Assembly: GCA_000388065.2 (NCBI GenBank)
Contig: KB932204.1
DNA from: Fonticula alba ATCC 38817
Taxonomy: Eukaryota; Protista; Nucleariida
DNA length: 64,000 nt
Strand: one strand, 5' to 3'
In this document: positions 1 through 11,615 of the stretch, one piece after another
How positions within the stretch are numbered: the first letter of the stretch is position 1
Layout: each line of letters opens with the position of its first letter
Notes under the pieces: model-generated
The model's input: the letters and a program-made list of their open reading frames with translations, nothing else
What the model was told of the DNA's origin: nothing
Databases searched by the model: none
Translations under genes and position numbers: made by a program

Positions 1-250
1 GTTGGGCCGTCTCCAGGGCTTCCTCCCGGACCCGGCTCGAACATGGCTCGACACTCATTCCTGTGTGAGTGTCGGCCAACCTATCGACGGCCGGGCAGCC
101 CGCCTCAACCAGCTGGATGTGACATATGCCCGGGACCTACAAACAGGCGATGCATACACAGAGAGCTCATCGGGCAAGGACGCTTCACCGGGAAAGCATC
201 TCTCAACGTTTCACTCCAGAGAGGGAGTGATGGATACATAAGACCTAGTG
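1..250 (+). mobile_element. Degenerate DIRS-type RNase H fragment (retrotransposon relic)
   Basis: Frame 2 reads ARTWLDTHSCVSVGQPIDGRAARLNQL (cf. DIRS RNase H VxxxTDNxxxVxYIxxxGGxRSxxLxxL), then after a frameshift HMPGTYKQAMHTQR (cf. HIPGxxNxxADxLSR). Motif resemblance only. Confidence 0.3.
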
Positions 251-886
251 GGGCAGGCACTCCACACATGATGACTGGCAGGGGCCCAGTGTAGTTGTAG
301 TCATAACGAAAAGACTGCCAACGATTGGTCCCCGGAAGTCCCGGCGCATTTGACCAACCACTAACCTAGTTTCCCGGTTGGTTAGTCAGATAATTCTTAA
401 ACTGACACCCCCATGTTGCGGCGTAGCATGGACGAAGAGAGCTCACCAGACGACGGTCATTTTGTTTCCAGGATCCATTTCATTAAATGTTTATTACTCC
501 AGGGCTTCTACGGGCGAATATATTCCCTGAGACCAACGCACATGTGTCCATGCCATATCATTGGCAACACGTGGATGCCTGGAAACGAGGGCATCTCCGA
601 AACCCGACCCGTATCGCCGATGGTCTTCGATCGTACTTATGAGTCGTGGGATCATCATAATAATCGTTGCTTTTTTATATTCATCATCATCATCATCATC
701 GCATACAGGTGTTGTGCCTTGTGTGTTGAACGACTAGCCTCAGAGTGCTTTGGGAGACGATGGATGCAAGTAGTTCATAAACGCACACATATCGAGTGGG
801 TGTCGAGATGCAAGGGCCAAGTAAGGATCGTGGCGAATAGGGACGGATGAGGTACAGACCAAGGTCAGATGTCAGGGCTGCAGGGG

Positions 887-893
887 TATAAAA
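887..893 (+). promoter_or_regulatory. TATA box (TATAAAA) upstream of the large orphan gene
   Basis: GGGGTATAAAAGG ~300 nt upstream of ATG 1191. It is followed by a putative 5'UTR intron 1042-1174 (GTAACA donor, GACTAAC branch site at 1149-1155, TACAG acceptor). Confidence 0.5.
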
Positions 894-940
894 GGAGGCA
901 CGATTGAGGACAGGTCAAAACATAAAAGGGGCATCTTCCT

Positions 941-985
941 CTCATTCCCCTCATTCCCCTCATTTCCCTCATTTCCCTCATTCCC
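941..985. repeat. 9-bp tandem repeat CTCATT(C/T)CC x5
   Basis: Read directly from the sequence; lies between the TATA box and the putative 5'UTR intron. Confidence 0.9.
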
Positions 986-1190
986 CCACTCCCTAAGTCA
1001 GAAATAATTCGTCTTCTTCAAATCCATCAAGGATAGTCTAGGTAACATTTCTGAAGATAAACACACAATCCCATCCGCCCACAATATTCTTACTCCTGAC
1101 TTGGAACTTGTCTTTGGCCTGGTTGCGATGGTCCATCTTTCGGAACACGACTAACGTACTGTCATATATTACAGCAAGGCCACCCCGAAG

Positions 1191-4100
1191 ATGGGAATTC
1201 CCTTTCTACACTCTCTCCTTGATGATTCGGACAAAGCTAAAACGACCCTGAAAGAACACCTACGATTGACGGCCAACCCGAGCAATGGTGAGTCCCCAAA
1301 AAAAGAATCGAATGTTAAAGAATCTTCGGAAAGTTTAATGTGGCCACTTCCAGTGGACGTGAGCAATATTTCTTATTCAATCATGGAGCATAAATTCAAA
1401 AAGGGGAATGAGCTTATTAAATTAGGCAGATGTCCTCATCTGATTGAGAAGTTTATCTTGTCTTTCATCGATTTTCTTTCAAAAGATAATGTATGTAATC
1501 AGCATTCTCCACTTCGAATGTCCTATCGGTTATGATATTTGCTAAACCACAGTCTTATTTCAAGTTTCATCCCATTTTCGTGACCGACGGCTTGCGTCCT
1601 AAGAGCAAAATGAATAGTGACCCTCGGATCGACAAGAGCAATGACACATATTCGTTGTGTGAAGATGGGAAATATAAATCGCCAGAAAGGTACTCGCGTA
1701 TCCCCAATATGTATCAACCCAACATGATTACATTGATCAAGGCTTAATTACCAATTTGAACTGACTCTCCCAAATTAATTACAACTAAGCGGAAGCACGT
1801 CAAGGGCCATTGTAGGTGAACCTGCCTCGGAAGATCCCCCTCCGTCTTCTTCGAAGCCGATAAAACTAGGACAGGGTCCATCGGACGAAGATCTTAATCA
1901 ATTGGCTTCCTTAAAAAATGGGATGCCTCATTTGATAAGAATTATTATTTGGCACCTCTCGACCAAAGAGCAACTGTTCCCAAAAAAGTTAACATTCGTC
2001 AATTCAGCAGTCGAAGCTGATGATTTATTGACGGAGCTGAGTCTAGATTTCGGCATTCCTGTTTTAAGGTCCGTGAACTCGCGTTTTTCCATTGATGGAG
2101 GCCATTGTTTGAATCAATCAGCGTCTGACTCTCATGAATCATTAATTGGTTTATCAGCGGTGATACGGATTTCTTGATCCGCGGTGAAGGCTTCATACCT
2201 ATGAGTTCCATTTTGCAAAAGGTCGTATTGGATGAGAATGAGCAGTTTAATTTCAACGCCTCCTCGATATTGGACATGGATTGCTATTCAACGAAAAAGG
2301 TCTTTTCGCAAGGTGCGCTATGAAACCGAGAGAATGGCTTCGCTGTTTAGTCGAGATTCTCAACTAACATATTAAAAGAGTTGAGCCGGAAGACCCCATG
2401 GATTCCCTTGTTTCTTGGAAGCGACCATGGACCGCCAGATCCTTTGGTCATTGAGTCGACAATTGGATTGATCTTAAAACAGGTGGTTGAGTCGGTTAAG
2501 AACAAACACACGACATCTACGTGTAAATCGACTGATGATTCGATCGAAGAAACAATTCTACATGTGATCGATTTAACACGACAAAAAATTACGAACATTA
2601 AAACAGATACCAAAAAAAAGTTAAAGGAGAAACAGTCGGAAGCAAGAAAAAGGGGATTTGGTGTGGCATTGACATACTTAGAAGGTAAACCTAATGGCGA
2701 AATCAAAACCGATACTCAAGGCAATAATGAGTCGGCCAAGACGCCATTGGGAGAGGCAATCAAACTTATAAGCAACAAGATTATCATGCTTTTGGTTGAA
2801 AGCCATATGGAATCATTTAAGAAAGAATTAGGCAGTCTAGTGAGAAATAAGTATTGTGGGGCGATAAAAGCGGCAGAGATAAATAATCAGCCCTGTAAAT
2901 ATGTCAAGGCAGCAATCGAGCCTTCAATCGAAGAAGGAGTCCTAGCTGGGATCAATTGGTTAAAGCATGAACTATGCTCTTCTATAAAACCCGAAGAAAT
3001 TGCAGACGCGATCTATCGTGAGATCATGCACCAGACGGATGTCAGCAGAAAGAGTGGCTGTGAAGCAATGACAAGGGAGCTCGGAGTGGCAATCAGAGAT
3101 ACAGTCGATGAAATGGTTGATGATATTATTGGGTTAGGCCAGTTGGGAGATCACTTAAAAAATGCAAAAGAATGTTACGACGCCCCAGATGGAGACTATG
3201 TCAAAGCCAAACCAAAGGCGAGGTATGGTCGGAAGCATCCTGGATTCAACCTCGATTATCTCTCCATAATCCTTCATCGGCTCCCATATTTCTCAAGCAA
3301 TTACGGTGGCTTGGAAAAAGACAAACTTTCCGCGGATTCTCGAAGTGAAAACATAATCATTGTGGATGATAACCATCGGCAAAATATCTCAAACCACCTG
3401 AGCGGTCTCCTGGGGCATAAAATTATGGACAGAATCCTGGCCGGGAGACGCTCGGATCCCCTAAAAATGAACAAAGAACAACAAACCAAGAAAATCCGTG
3501 AAGGGCATTGTAATGATTGCCTTCAGCTTCAGTTTTTAAGACCTGAACAATCCATCCCACGAGATATTAACCTGGAACTGACGTCGTCAATTTGTATTTA
3601 CTATTCAGCTCTTAAATTATACATTCGTAGCTTGTTTGACAATAGTCGCTACTCGACTCTGGAAATTATGAAAAAGGTTCATAAGTTATGGCTGACCGAA
3701 ATACAGATGTTGAAAGCACAATTGATCATAGCTTTAAAAACACAGAGCGGAAGTATTAATTTCCAAAGAAATGGCTCCATTTCGGAGATTGATTTTGATA
3801 GGCGCATAACCGCGATTGAACACTTTGTCCGGGAGGGCAATCCTTTAAGTTATGTATGCGACAATGTATCACGGAATGAGCATCGGCGGATTTTGTTTGC
3901 AGTCATCTATGTTTGCGATTTCATGATTGAGACAGTTGCATTATCTGTGTGTGTGGTCTTGGGATTATATGGATACCAACAGTCTGCGAGAGTTGAAGCA
4001 GTAAAGTCAGGATTAAATGAAACTCTTACTAATATTACCTATGCTTTAGCAAAGGTATCCTACGTCTTTCAACAACAATTTACGTTTAAGTATAACCGGA

Positions 4101-5989
4101 GTGTCCACAGTCAGATCTGGACTCTTCAATTTAAAATCTCTTCGGGCAACCTTCTCCAATGGATAGACGAAAAAGACTACCAGGCTATGTATTCCGAGGT
4201 TTCTGCGGTCTCCATGGATCAAAATAAAGCACCATCAATCGTTATGAGCAATGTCTCAAATCGCAGTCTTGCGTCAAACGATAAATGTAAAACGTGTGTG
4301 TTTATTAGAAACAATATCCCAAGGGAGAAAACTCATATGCTGTGGGCTCCTAATAATTCTGACAATGGAGATGGTCCGACCATCTGGGATCCTACTCGGC
4401 TATCACGCTTCCTTTCTTATTTGGTCTGGTCAATCAACGAGTTTTTTCCCGTGACACATGTGGAAATGCACCAATTCCATGCGGACTCGGAGAAAAGGAT
4501 TGTCTACAATATTTTCAATCGTAGTTGTATGTCGATTGGCGACTATGATTCGATGAAAAAGAATGAAATTTATTCCAAGACTATCGAAAATCGCAAGTTT
4601 TTTTCTGCGCTTGGCAATAATGATAAAGAACTAGGAGTTGCCTCATGTCTCGAGAGAAACTGGAAAGAACTGGACGAGATGTCATGGGAAAGAACAAATG
4701 CCAACTGTAAGGATATGAACTTTTCAACCCAAGACCGTGATATCTTAAACAACAGTTTACGTGATATGGAATCAGAGTGGTTTATGATGAGTGTTCCAAA
4801 GGATCGCCAAACTCATCCTGATTATCCGGCTAATATGCTTTGTTATACTCTGATAAATTTCTTGCTTCAGAATCAAGGTCAAACGATCGATCGTATTCAT
4901 CTGGCATTCATCATCATGCCATATCTCAACAATATCAGTCTGCTCAAAATTAAAAACAGACTTGTGAAACTTAAATTGAGGCAAAAAGAAGATGGCCAAC
5001 TTTCTATCCGTTTCTCTTCAAATCCTTATGCCCATGAGAAAATTATCACACACCCAGATGCCAAATCCGTTCTCAGCATTTACAATATGGTGATTCTTAT
5101 TTGTTTAATGAGGGGGAATTCGACCGACAACACATTGACTCTAAAGTCATTTCTCAAGGAGGTAAATCTCACCGGCCCAGTTCTAAATTCAGCTGTCGCG
5201 TTATTGGAAAATCCAGATTGGCTAAAGCTCTCTGACGGAGACTATCAGAGTGACTTGGATGTGGTTCTCACTTGGTGCCTACGGAATGTGGAAAGAGAAT
5301 TCATTGATGGTAGGATCACAAGAATTGGCCGCCTCTCTCGGGGCGGATTCATTAACAACCATTTCCCGGACCTCATAAGCACTTACCAGAGTCTGAATCT
5401 CAACCAAGAACATAATGTGCTCAATGATGAATCCAAGCCCGACTGCCCCTCTAATGTAACCATCATTTCTGATTTCGACCGTTTATATAAATCCATCTTG
5501 ACATCCGAGTCTCCCTTATCAGATCAAGTTAAATCCTCTTTTAACAAGATTACAACTAGAATGCTAAATTTTCCTACCATTGAGGAAAATCTTTCAATCT
5601 CTCGCCAGGCTCTTTCCCTTATGTCTACCAACAAAGACACTATCAACATGACGGACTGTTCCAAGGAGCTCTTGCGACCTTTTTTATCATCATTAGCAGA
5701 ATATGTTCTCGGGATCAAGGATATGGGGTCGAAAAACCATCAATTCTCATTTGATCAATATTACCTCGGTCTGCAGTATGCCCTCGATATACCCGTTGAC
5801 CAAAGAGATCGGCGCGACAAAGAGCGGCTTATCACTGGTCTGTCATTGGCGTCCGCCACGTTGTCTTCATGGATGGATATTCATTCAGCGCTTGTTGGTC
5901 GTTGGCGGGCTTTGAATCGGACTAACGCACAACCTACTTCCTGGGTTGCTCGTCGTCTCATTCACTTTATGAGCAAGTGGTCCTTCTAG
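1191..5989 (+). CDS. Large orphan protein, ~1493 aa, 5 coding exons: join(1191..1490,1553..1689,1790..2068,2158..2312,2379..5989)
   Basis: Four GT-AG introns (donors GTATGT, GTACTC, GTCCGT, GTGCGC; last with AACTAAC branch site) join track ORFs 1191, 1532, 1902 and 2381 plus one open exon in consistent phase (4482 nt = 1494 codons incl. stop). The last exon is a 3.6-kb open frame in low-GC DNA (22/60 GC at 2521-2580). No recognised domain. Confidence 0.75.
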
Positions 5990-7049
5990 GTTTTCCATCC
6001 CCTTTTTATTTTCCAGCTTTTTCTCCCAATCCTATTCTTGCCCCTTCTTCATCTACTTTTCCCCGCTTTCCCCGTTTCTTCCCTCTGTCGCCGCACTTAG
6101 CAGGCCTTGTTCTTTCCCTCCTTTTCTTTTATCTTTTTCGCTCATTCTCTCCCATTTTTCCTCCTTTTCTCCAATGCACCCACAACCATGTCAATTGCCA
6201 GCGTATTTCCTTTTTGCCTTGCACATTGCTGTCCCCTTCATGTACTTAGCGCATTGAGACGAGTGGATGAGGGCAATGTTTTGGATGGGCATTATGTCTT
6301 TCCTTACGCATGTCTTTTATTTGAGTCTATGGCCTATCTATCCGGTTGATTATTTCGCAATTGAGTGACAGCTGAGACGGCCCCTCTGTGCCAGTGTGCC
6401 TGATAGGGTGGTGATTATCCTTTGGGGAATATCTCAACATGGGTTGTATTTGAATCTGTCACGCGGCACTGTCCCATTCCCTGCTCCTTGAAACATCGGC
6501 TGCCATAATGTGCATCGCATCTTGGTTTCCCCGTCGGCCGGGAATGGCCGCCCCTTCCCATCCATCTCACAGCTGCAGATTGCCCGGCCAGATAGTTGTT
6601 CCCCGCTGAGACGAGACACGTTCCCACCAGGCAATAAGGGCCCGCCCCCCCCCCTCCCCCCATAGCCCGTTAGCAGTGCCAAGTCCCTGTAGAGGACGTG
6701 TCCAACATCGATCTCTGCCCCGACAGGCCACAATCCACCGAGTCGATACGCCATGTGAGCTCTTCGATCGTGGCACAGGTCCGTAGACTCGGCGTCGTCA
6801 TGAACGTCACTGACAGACTCCTTTCAAGAACATACCGGGGGTACCTTCCTTTGCTCGCTGCCCAGGAACGTTCCTAGCGTGCCATACAGTAAATGATGCA
6901 TGATACCGTGCTTATTCTTTTTACAACCCAACATGGCACAATGTAATGGCAGCGACATGACCACGCACCACCAGGGGGTACCGAAATTTGTCACTGCGTA
7001 CTCGGCGGGGAGACGTTTATTGCAAGGCTCCCGATCTAAATGTGTACTC

Positions 7050-8412
7050 GATCAGTGAATTAGTTGGGGCTTGCAGCACGGAATGCCTATGGGTGTGTGG
7101 GCTGTCCGGATATAGGAATTGCACGACCTCATACCGCGAGACGCAGGACTGCACCACCTTGGAGTCCCTGCCCGCACCCCGAACATGACCAAGTTCGTGT
7201 TGTCACCATGGATGGTCGTCACTGTTGTGGGATCGCAGCATCTAAACATGCCGGACGATCATCGCCCTTGATGATACAAGTATGGTCCCTGAAAGAAGTC
7301 CCCAAGGCATTGGGCTCATCGGGAAGGACTCTGATCGATACCATAACCGTCCTAGCCCGATGAGAAGCGCTATTCACGAAAGAGGCAAGAGACTACCGGC
7401 ATCTTGTGGAACAAGCAACATTACCGACAAGTCGAATGCTGTGCAAACGTTCCTTCCATAACCATAGCTGGCATGCATCTTGACGCGCAGGCTCCCGATT
7501 CTAGATCGTCCTGCCGCTATCTGCCCACGCGAGCCACCACGAAGATGTTGCGTCGCCCGGGGAATCTCTACCTTCTCCCGGACTTAGGAGATTACGAAGA
7601 TTCACTCAGGGTCGCCATCGCGGATCAGCTCCATGACTCTCGCTAAACGTGCTTGGTACTCGTACAATCATGCACCCGGCGGCGCTGTCCAGATCCGTCA
7701 CCTTGGAGGCGACAGTCGCAAAGCAAAAACGGCAGCTCGCTGCACATCGTTCATGGGCTTAGTGCGCCATGCGCCGGGCTGAGGAGTAGCCTGCAAACGC
7801 GAGGACCGCCCGGTCGACAGCGGCGTCTACCACTCACGTCCTTGGTCTTGTATCATGCTTCCAATGGCGAGCAACACCTTGGCCATCCATCCGCACTGGG
7901 CATACCCTTGAAAGACAATGACCAATAATACCCTCCTCGAGCAGAAGATACTCCTCCCTGAGAACGATTCTCCAGTGATATATACTCTTCCGATCCCGGG
8001 AGACAGACACAAGGGAACCACACACCCGCTCCCGATGTATCTGGGGGCCTCAGTCATGTCCCACCATCGCGGGGGGCACACTCTTCCTATACAAGATCTG
8101 ATTTGCCTCGGGATGCATCCGCTACACTTGAAAGCGACTGACCACGCTCTGCTGTTGACTGTGCCTCCGACTCGGAGTAGAGCATTTGGATTGAGGGACA
8201 TCCAGGGGGGGGAGTCGCCAACCTTTCGGGACTCCGGGCTTCTTTCTTGGTGGCAGAGCATGCGGCGCAGCATCGACGGACCGGGCACAGTGCTTCGCCG
8301 CGGCCACTGTTTGCGAACAGAATGTGCAACCTGGGCCTGGCGACAGACAGGAATCGCTCCTTTTGTCGAGCTGCGAGGCGGGCAGCATCGGCCTTCCGAC
8401 GGGCCGGAATGA
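7050..8412 (+). mobile_element. Decayed DIRS/Ngaro-type tyrosine-recombinase retrotransposon (RT, RNase H, YR remnants in canonical order)
   Basis: RT-like LQHGMPMG and LHHLG..PNMTKFVLSPWMVVTVVG (~7070-7232; cf. LGxxxNxxKSxLxPxxxxxFLG). RNase H-like GSPSRISSMTLAKRAW...VQIRHLGGDSRKAKTAAR (~7600-7745). YR-like ALLLTVPPTRSR and GHCLRTECATWAWRQ (7918-8412; cf. GHSxRxGxAT). Many stops and frameshifts. Confidence 0.6.
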
Positions 8413-9116
8413 GGATGCCGGGCAGGCGTCATCCCCTACAGTCGGAGGTCTCGAAAGAGAATCGGTACACAAGAGGGCATTCGCCACGAGAGGTCCGTCC
8501 TGCGCGGACGTCGACCCCCAAGCCTGGCAGTCGCCACGCATAGTGCGCCATGATCTGCTCGGGCAATCGGCCCCTCGTCCAGGGCGGAGCGCACACACTC
8601 ATTGCACAAGGAAACGCCCCTTCGCCATCTCGGCGCCGACCCGAGTGCCGGGGAAGCACGCCCTTGGTCCATGGGATCCCGATCACCGAGACGGCATTTC
8701 AGATGGGCGGCCCCCAGTGTGGCCCCGCTGCCATGTCCGATCCCGGACGGGGGCACCCGGCCGTGGCGCCGCACGTCCCCTTCGGCCAGGGTGCCCTTGC
8801 CTGCCTTGCAGCAAAACACCCCCGCAGGGACATGCTCGCGCCGAGCTTGGCTGCACGGCGCCCGTTTCCCCCAAGTCAACCATCATGCCTGCCGGGCCAG
8901 GGACCGGGAGCATCCATACACCGGCCCGCCTCGCCCGGCGTCCGTCGCAGGGCCACCTCCCATGCCCATACTGCCCGCCGCATGTCCCGTTCCGATCTGC
9001 TCGGGGCGGGCCGGCACCTGGCACGGCACACGTGTGCCCCCACCCAAGATCCTGGGCCCAATGACTCCCCCAGGTGCGCCACGAATGACGCCGACCCGCC
9101 CTGACCTGCCCCAAGC

Positions 9117-10573
9117 CACCCGCGCCTGCCCGTCCTGCAGCAACGAACCCGGTGCCAGTGCGCTGGATCGCCGCGTTCACAAATGGCCCCCTCGGCGGGA
9201 CAGAGCAGCCGCATGGGCCCATCGCACACCCCGCCTCCCAGGCACGTCGGGAGAAGGGGTCCCGGCTTCGGCGAAGCCCCTGCGCCCCGTCGGGCGACAC
9301 GTGGCCCGCGTGGCAGGCAGATGGCCTTCGAGGGGGCCCACGCCCCCTGGCGACTCGTTCGCCAAGGATGCTCGCCGGGGCGCAGGGGCTTCGCCGAAGC
9401 TGGGACCCCTTCTCCCGACTTGCCCGGGCGATCGACCGCCGGGGCCACCTCGGGGAATCCTCGCAAACACTTGCCCTATCCCCGCCCACCCGCTTCACAT
9501 CCGGCCCAATATACTCAAACCAGCCCACACGGATGTCAAGCCCGAAAGCCCCCTCGGCCCACGCGCTGATGTCCTCAGCCGGCACCACGGACCACCGACA
9601 GGCGACCCGTGTGCCGCCATGGGCTTAGTCGCTCCCGGGGGGGAACACCAGCATCAGAGGCCCCCACTTGCGCACACACACAGGGGGACGCCCCACGTGG
9701 CGCCCGATGCCGAGACCACCCCAGCTGGGCTTTTGTTATTGTTTGACGCACTCGGCGATGGCGAACATTCGCCCGAGTAAGAAACATTGGCTGCTCGGGC
9801 CCAGATGGCCCATGGTCGCTTCCCATGGCGCAACTAAAATCACCCTCGCCATTCGCCCACCTTCTCTGACCCCGTTCAACCAACATGCGCCGAGTCGACT
9901 CCCATCGCGAAATAATCCGATTAAATAATCCTGATATTCATCGGCCGGCCCGGGGTGGCACTCCGCCGAGCGTTGGCAATCGGGGAATCATGGCACGGTC
10001 GCGGCAGTGTGGCTTTGCAGATGCCTCCCCGGTCGGCGGCCTTTCGTCGCTTCCCAGTGAGCCCTCTCCTCCTCGCCGCCGGGATGTCCCCCGTCTCATG
10101 GCACGGCATCCCCGAGAAATGGGTCTTCCTGCCGGTCGATGCGCCGATGGCGACGCAAGCCCCCTGGCTTCGAGAGGGCACTGCTGAGCCTGCCCGCGCG
10201 GTTTGTCCCATTTCCCCCCGGCCACCCACATCGTCCCGCATGGACCACCCCTGGTGGACACTCACCAGCCCCGGCCCGGTGGGTCCGTGCCCTGCCGTGA
10301 CCTACCTCCCGAGCTCTCCGCGCCCGGGGCAGCCCGACTTGCCACAGCACCCAGGCAGAGACGGGATCCCGCTGACGACCAGGCGTGGCACGCCTCCCAC
10401 GGTGTCCGCGGTGCCACCTCCTCAGCATCAGTCGGAGCTCGGTCCGGCTCTTCCTCGGCCTCGGCCGGCGGGAATCCCAGAGCCAGGGCCATGACCTCGA
10501 CCATCCAGTGCCGTGCGCGCTGGCCCATGCCCCGGGGCTGGGATCCGAGCTCCGCGAAGGGGAGAGGGCCAAA
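9117..10573. repeat. GC-rich dispersed repeat R, copy 1 (ends at assembly gap)
   Basis: Near-identical to 15470-15996 and 16007-17432; the left boundary CACCCGCGCCTGCCCG is shared with copy 2; contains a long hairpin. Confidence 0.95.
9246..9419 (+). other. Long inverted repeat/hairpin in repeat R (44-nt arms 9246-9289 and 9376-9419)
   Basis: Arms are reverse-complementary except for one G:T pair; pairing extends ~9 more bp with mismatches. Also present at 15601-15773 and 16114-16287. Confidence 0.9.
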
Positions 10574-10719
10574 NNNNNNNNNNTCGTCGAGGGCGTGACC
10601 AGATATGGCGGGGAGGCGACAGCAGGGGAAAACAGAGCAGGGCGAGGCGAGGCAGGTGCGGAGAAGGTGAGCTGAGCGAAGTTCCGACGCAGCGTCGGGG
10701 GTGACATTATGGTTACAAG

Positions 10720-10890
10720 ATACAATCTCAGCGCCTGTGGGACTTTTTTAAGTCCATGTCTTCGAGCTGAGACCCAAGAGCGTTTAAGGATCCCAGGCAG
10801 GGCTTGTCAAAAATACGATCTCAGCGCCTCTGGGACTTATTCAAGCTAATGTCCTGGACCCGAGACCCAAGAGTGTTGACGGGATCGGAT
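10720..10890 (+). pseudogene. 93-bp tandem duplication encoding a degenerate 31-aa repeat
   Basis: IQSQRLWDFFKSMSSS*DPR / IRSQRLWDLFKLMSWTRDPR; TGA at 10768 aligns with CGA at 10861. Confidence 0.45.
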
Positions 10891-11615
10891 TCCTGATTTC
10901 ATAGAATAAAAGTTTGACATCAGAGCCATTTGTTTGCAGAATAAAATTAAGGGCATAACAGCACCTCTCGTTAGTTATGAAAGATGAAAACTCTGCTACA
11001 AACCGCTAACAGGTGACGCACATCGTGTGGCTTCGTATCAGCCACATTCGTCTTGGCAGCTCTAATCTCTTTCTGGGTAGCTGTAGCCATAACCATAACC
11101 ATAATGTAAGCATATAATTCGCATCCAGAAACAAAGAATCTGTGGCAATTCTATGAGAAGCAAGATTTAATTTGCGAACGTACAAGCTCGAGGAACGAGC
11201 AGCAATACCGTATGATCCTTATAATATATGTGTCAATAATGTCAATACCACAAAAAAAGGAGAATCGGCTCAAAGGCCGACAAACATGCATAGGGTCACG
11301 GCAAAAGCAAATGTGGCCCGAGGAAGAAAAAAGGCCTCCTCATCAAGCTAGACAAAAAGAAAGGACAACAGGGCTGAGTCATAGATGCGCACAGGCCAGG
11401 CTGCCTTCGCGCAGGCGATGGTCCTGAAGCAGGAATATTCTTTCGGCTCAGAGTAGGCACACGCCAAAGCGATGTCGTCGTTGCCATGAGTGGGCGAGAC
11501 CAAGACAAAAAGGACTGAGAACCGCATTCATTAATAAACTCACACATTATGGCCGCAAAAATGCTGCACATGCTTTCAGGTAGTCATAACCATACCATCC
11601 ATAGCCTCCTCCACA

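Noticed and set aside
413-850. 145-aa plus-strand ORF and a possible minus-strand spliced gene (GACTAAC...TAG near 365-390)
   Set aside because: Could not assemble a phase-consistent model; the ORF overlaps an (ATC)n microsatellite.
11340-11520. Minus-strand frame THGNDDIALACAYSEPKEYSCF looked like a MULE transposase
   Set aside because: Short and flanked by stops; no DDE triad or TIRs; lies in the likely 3' region of the spliced gene at 11616-12975.
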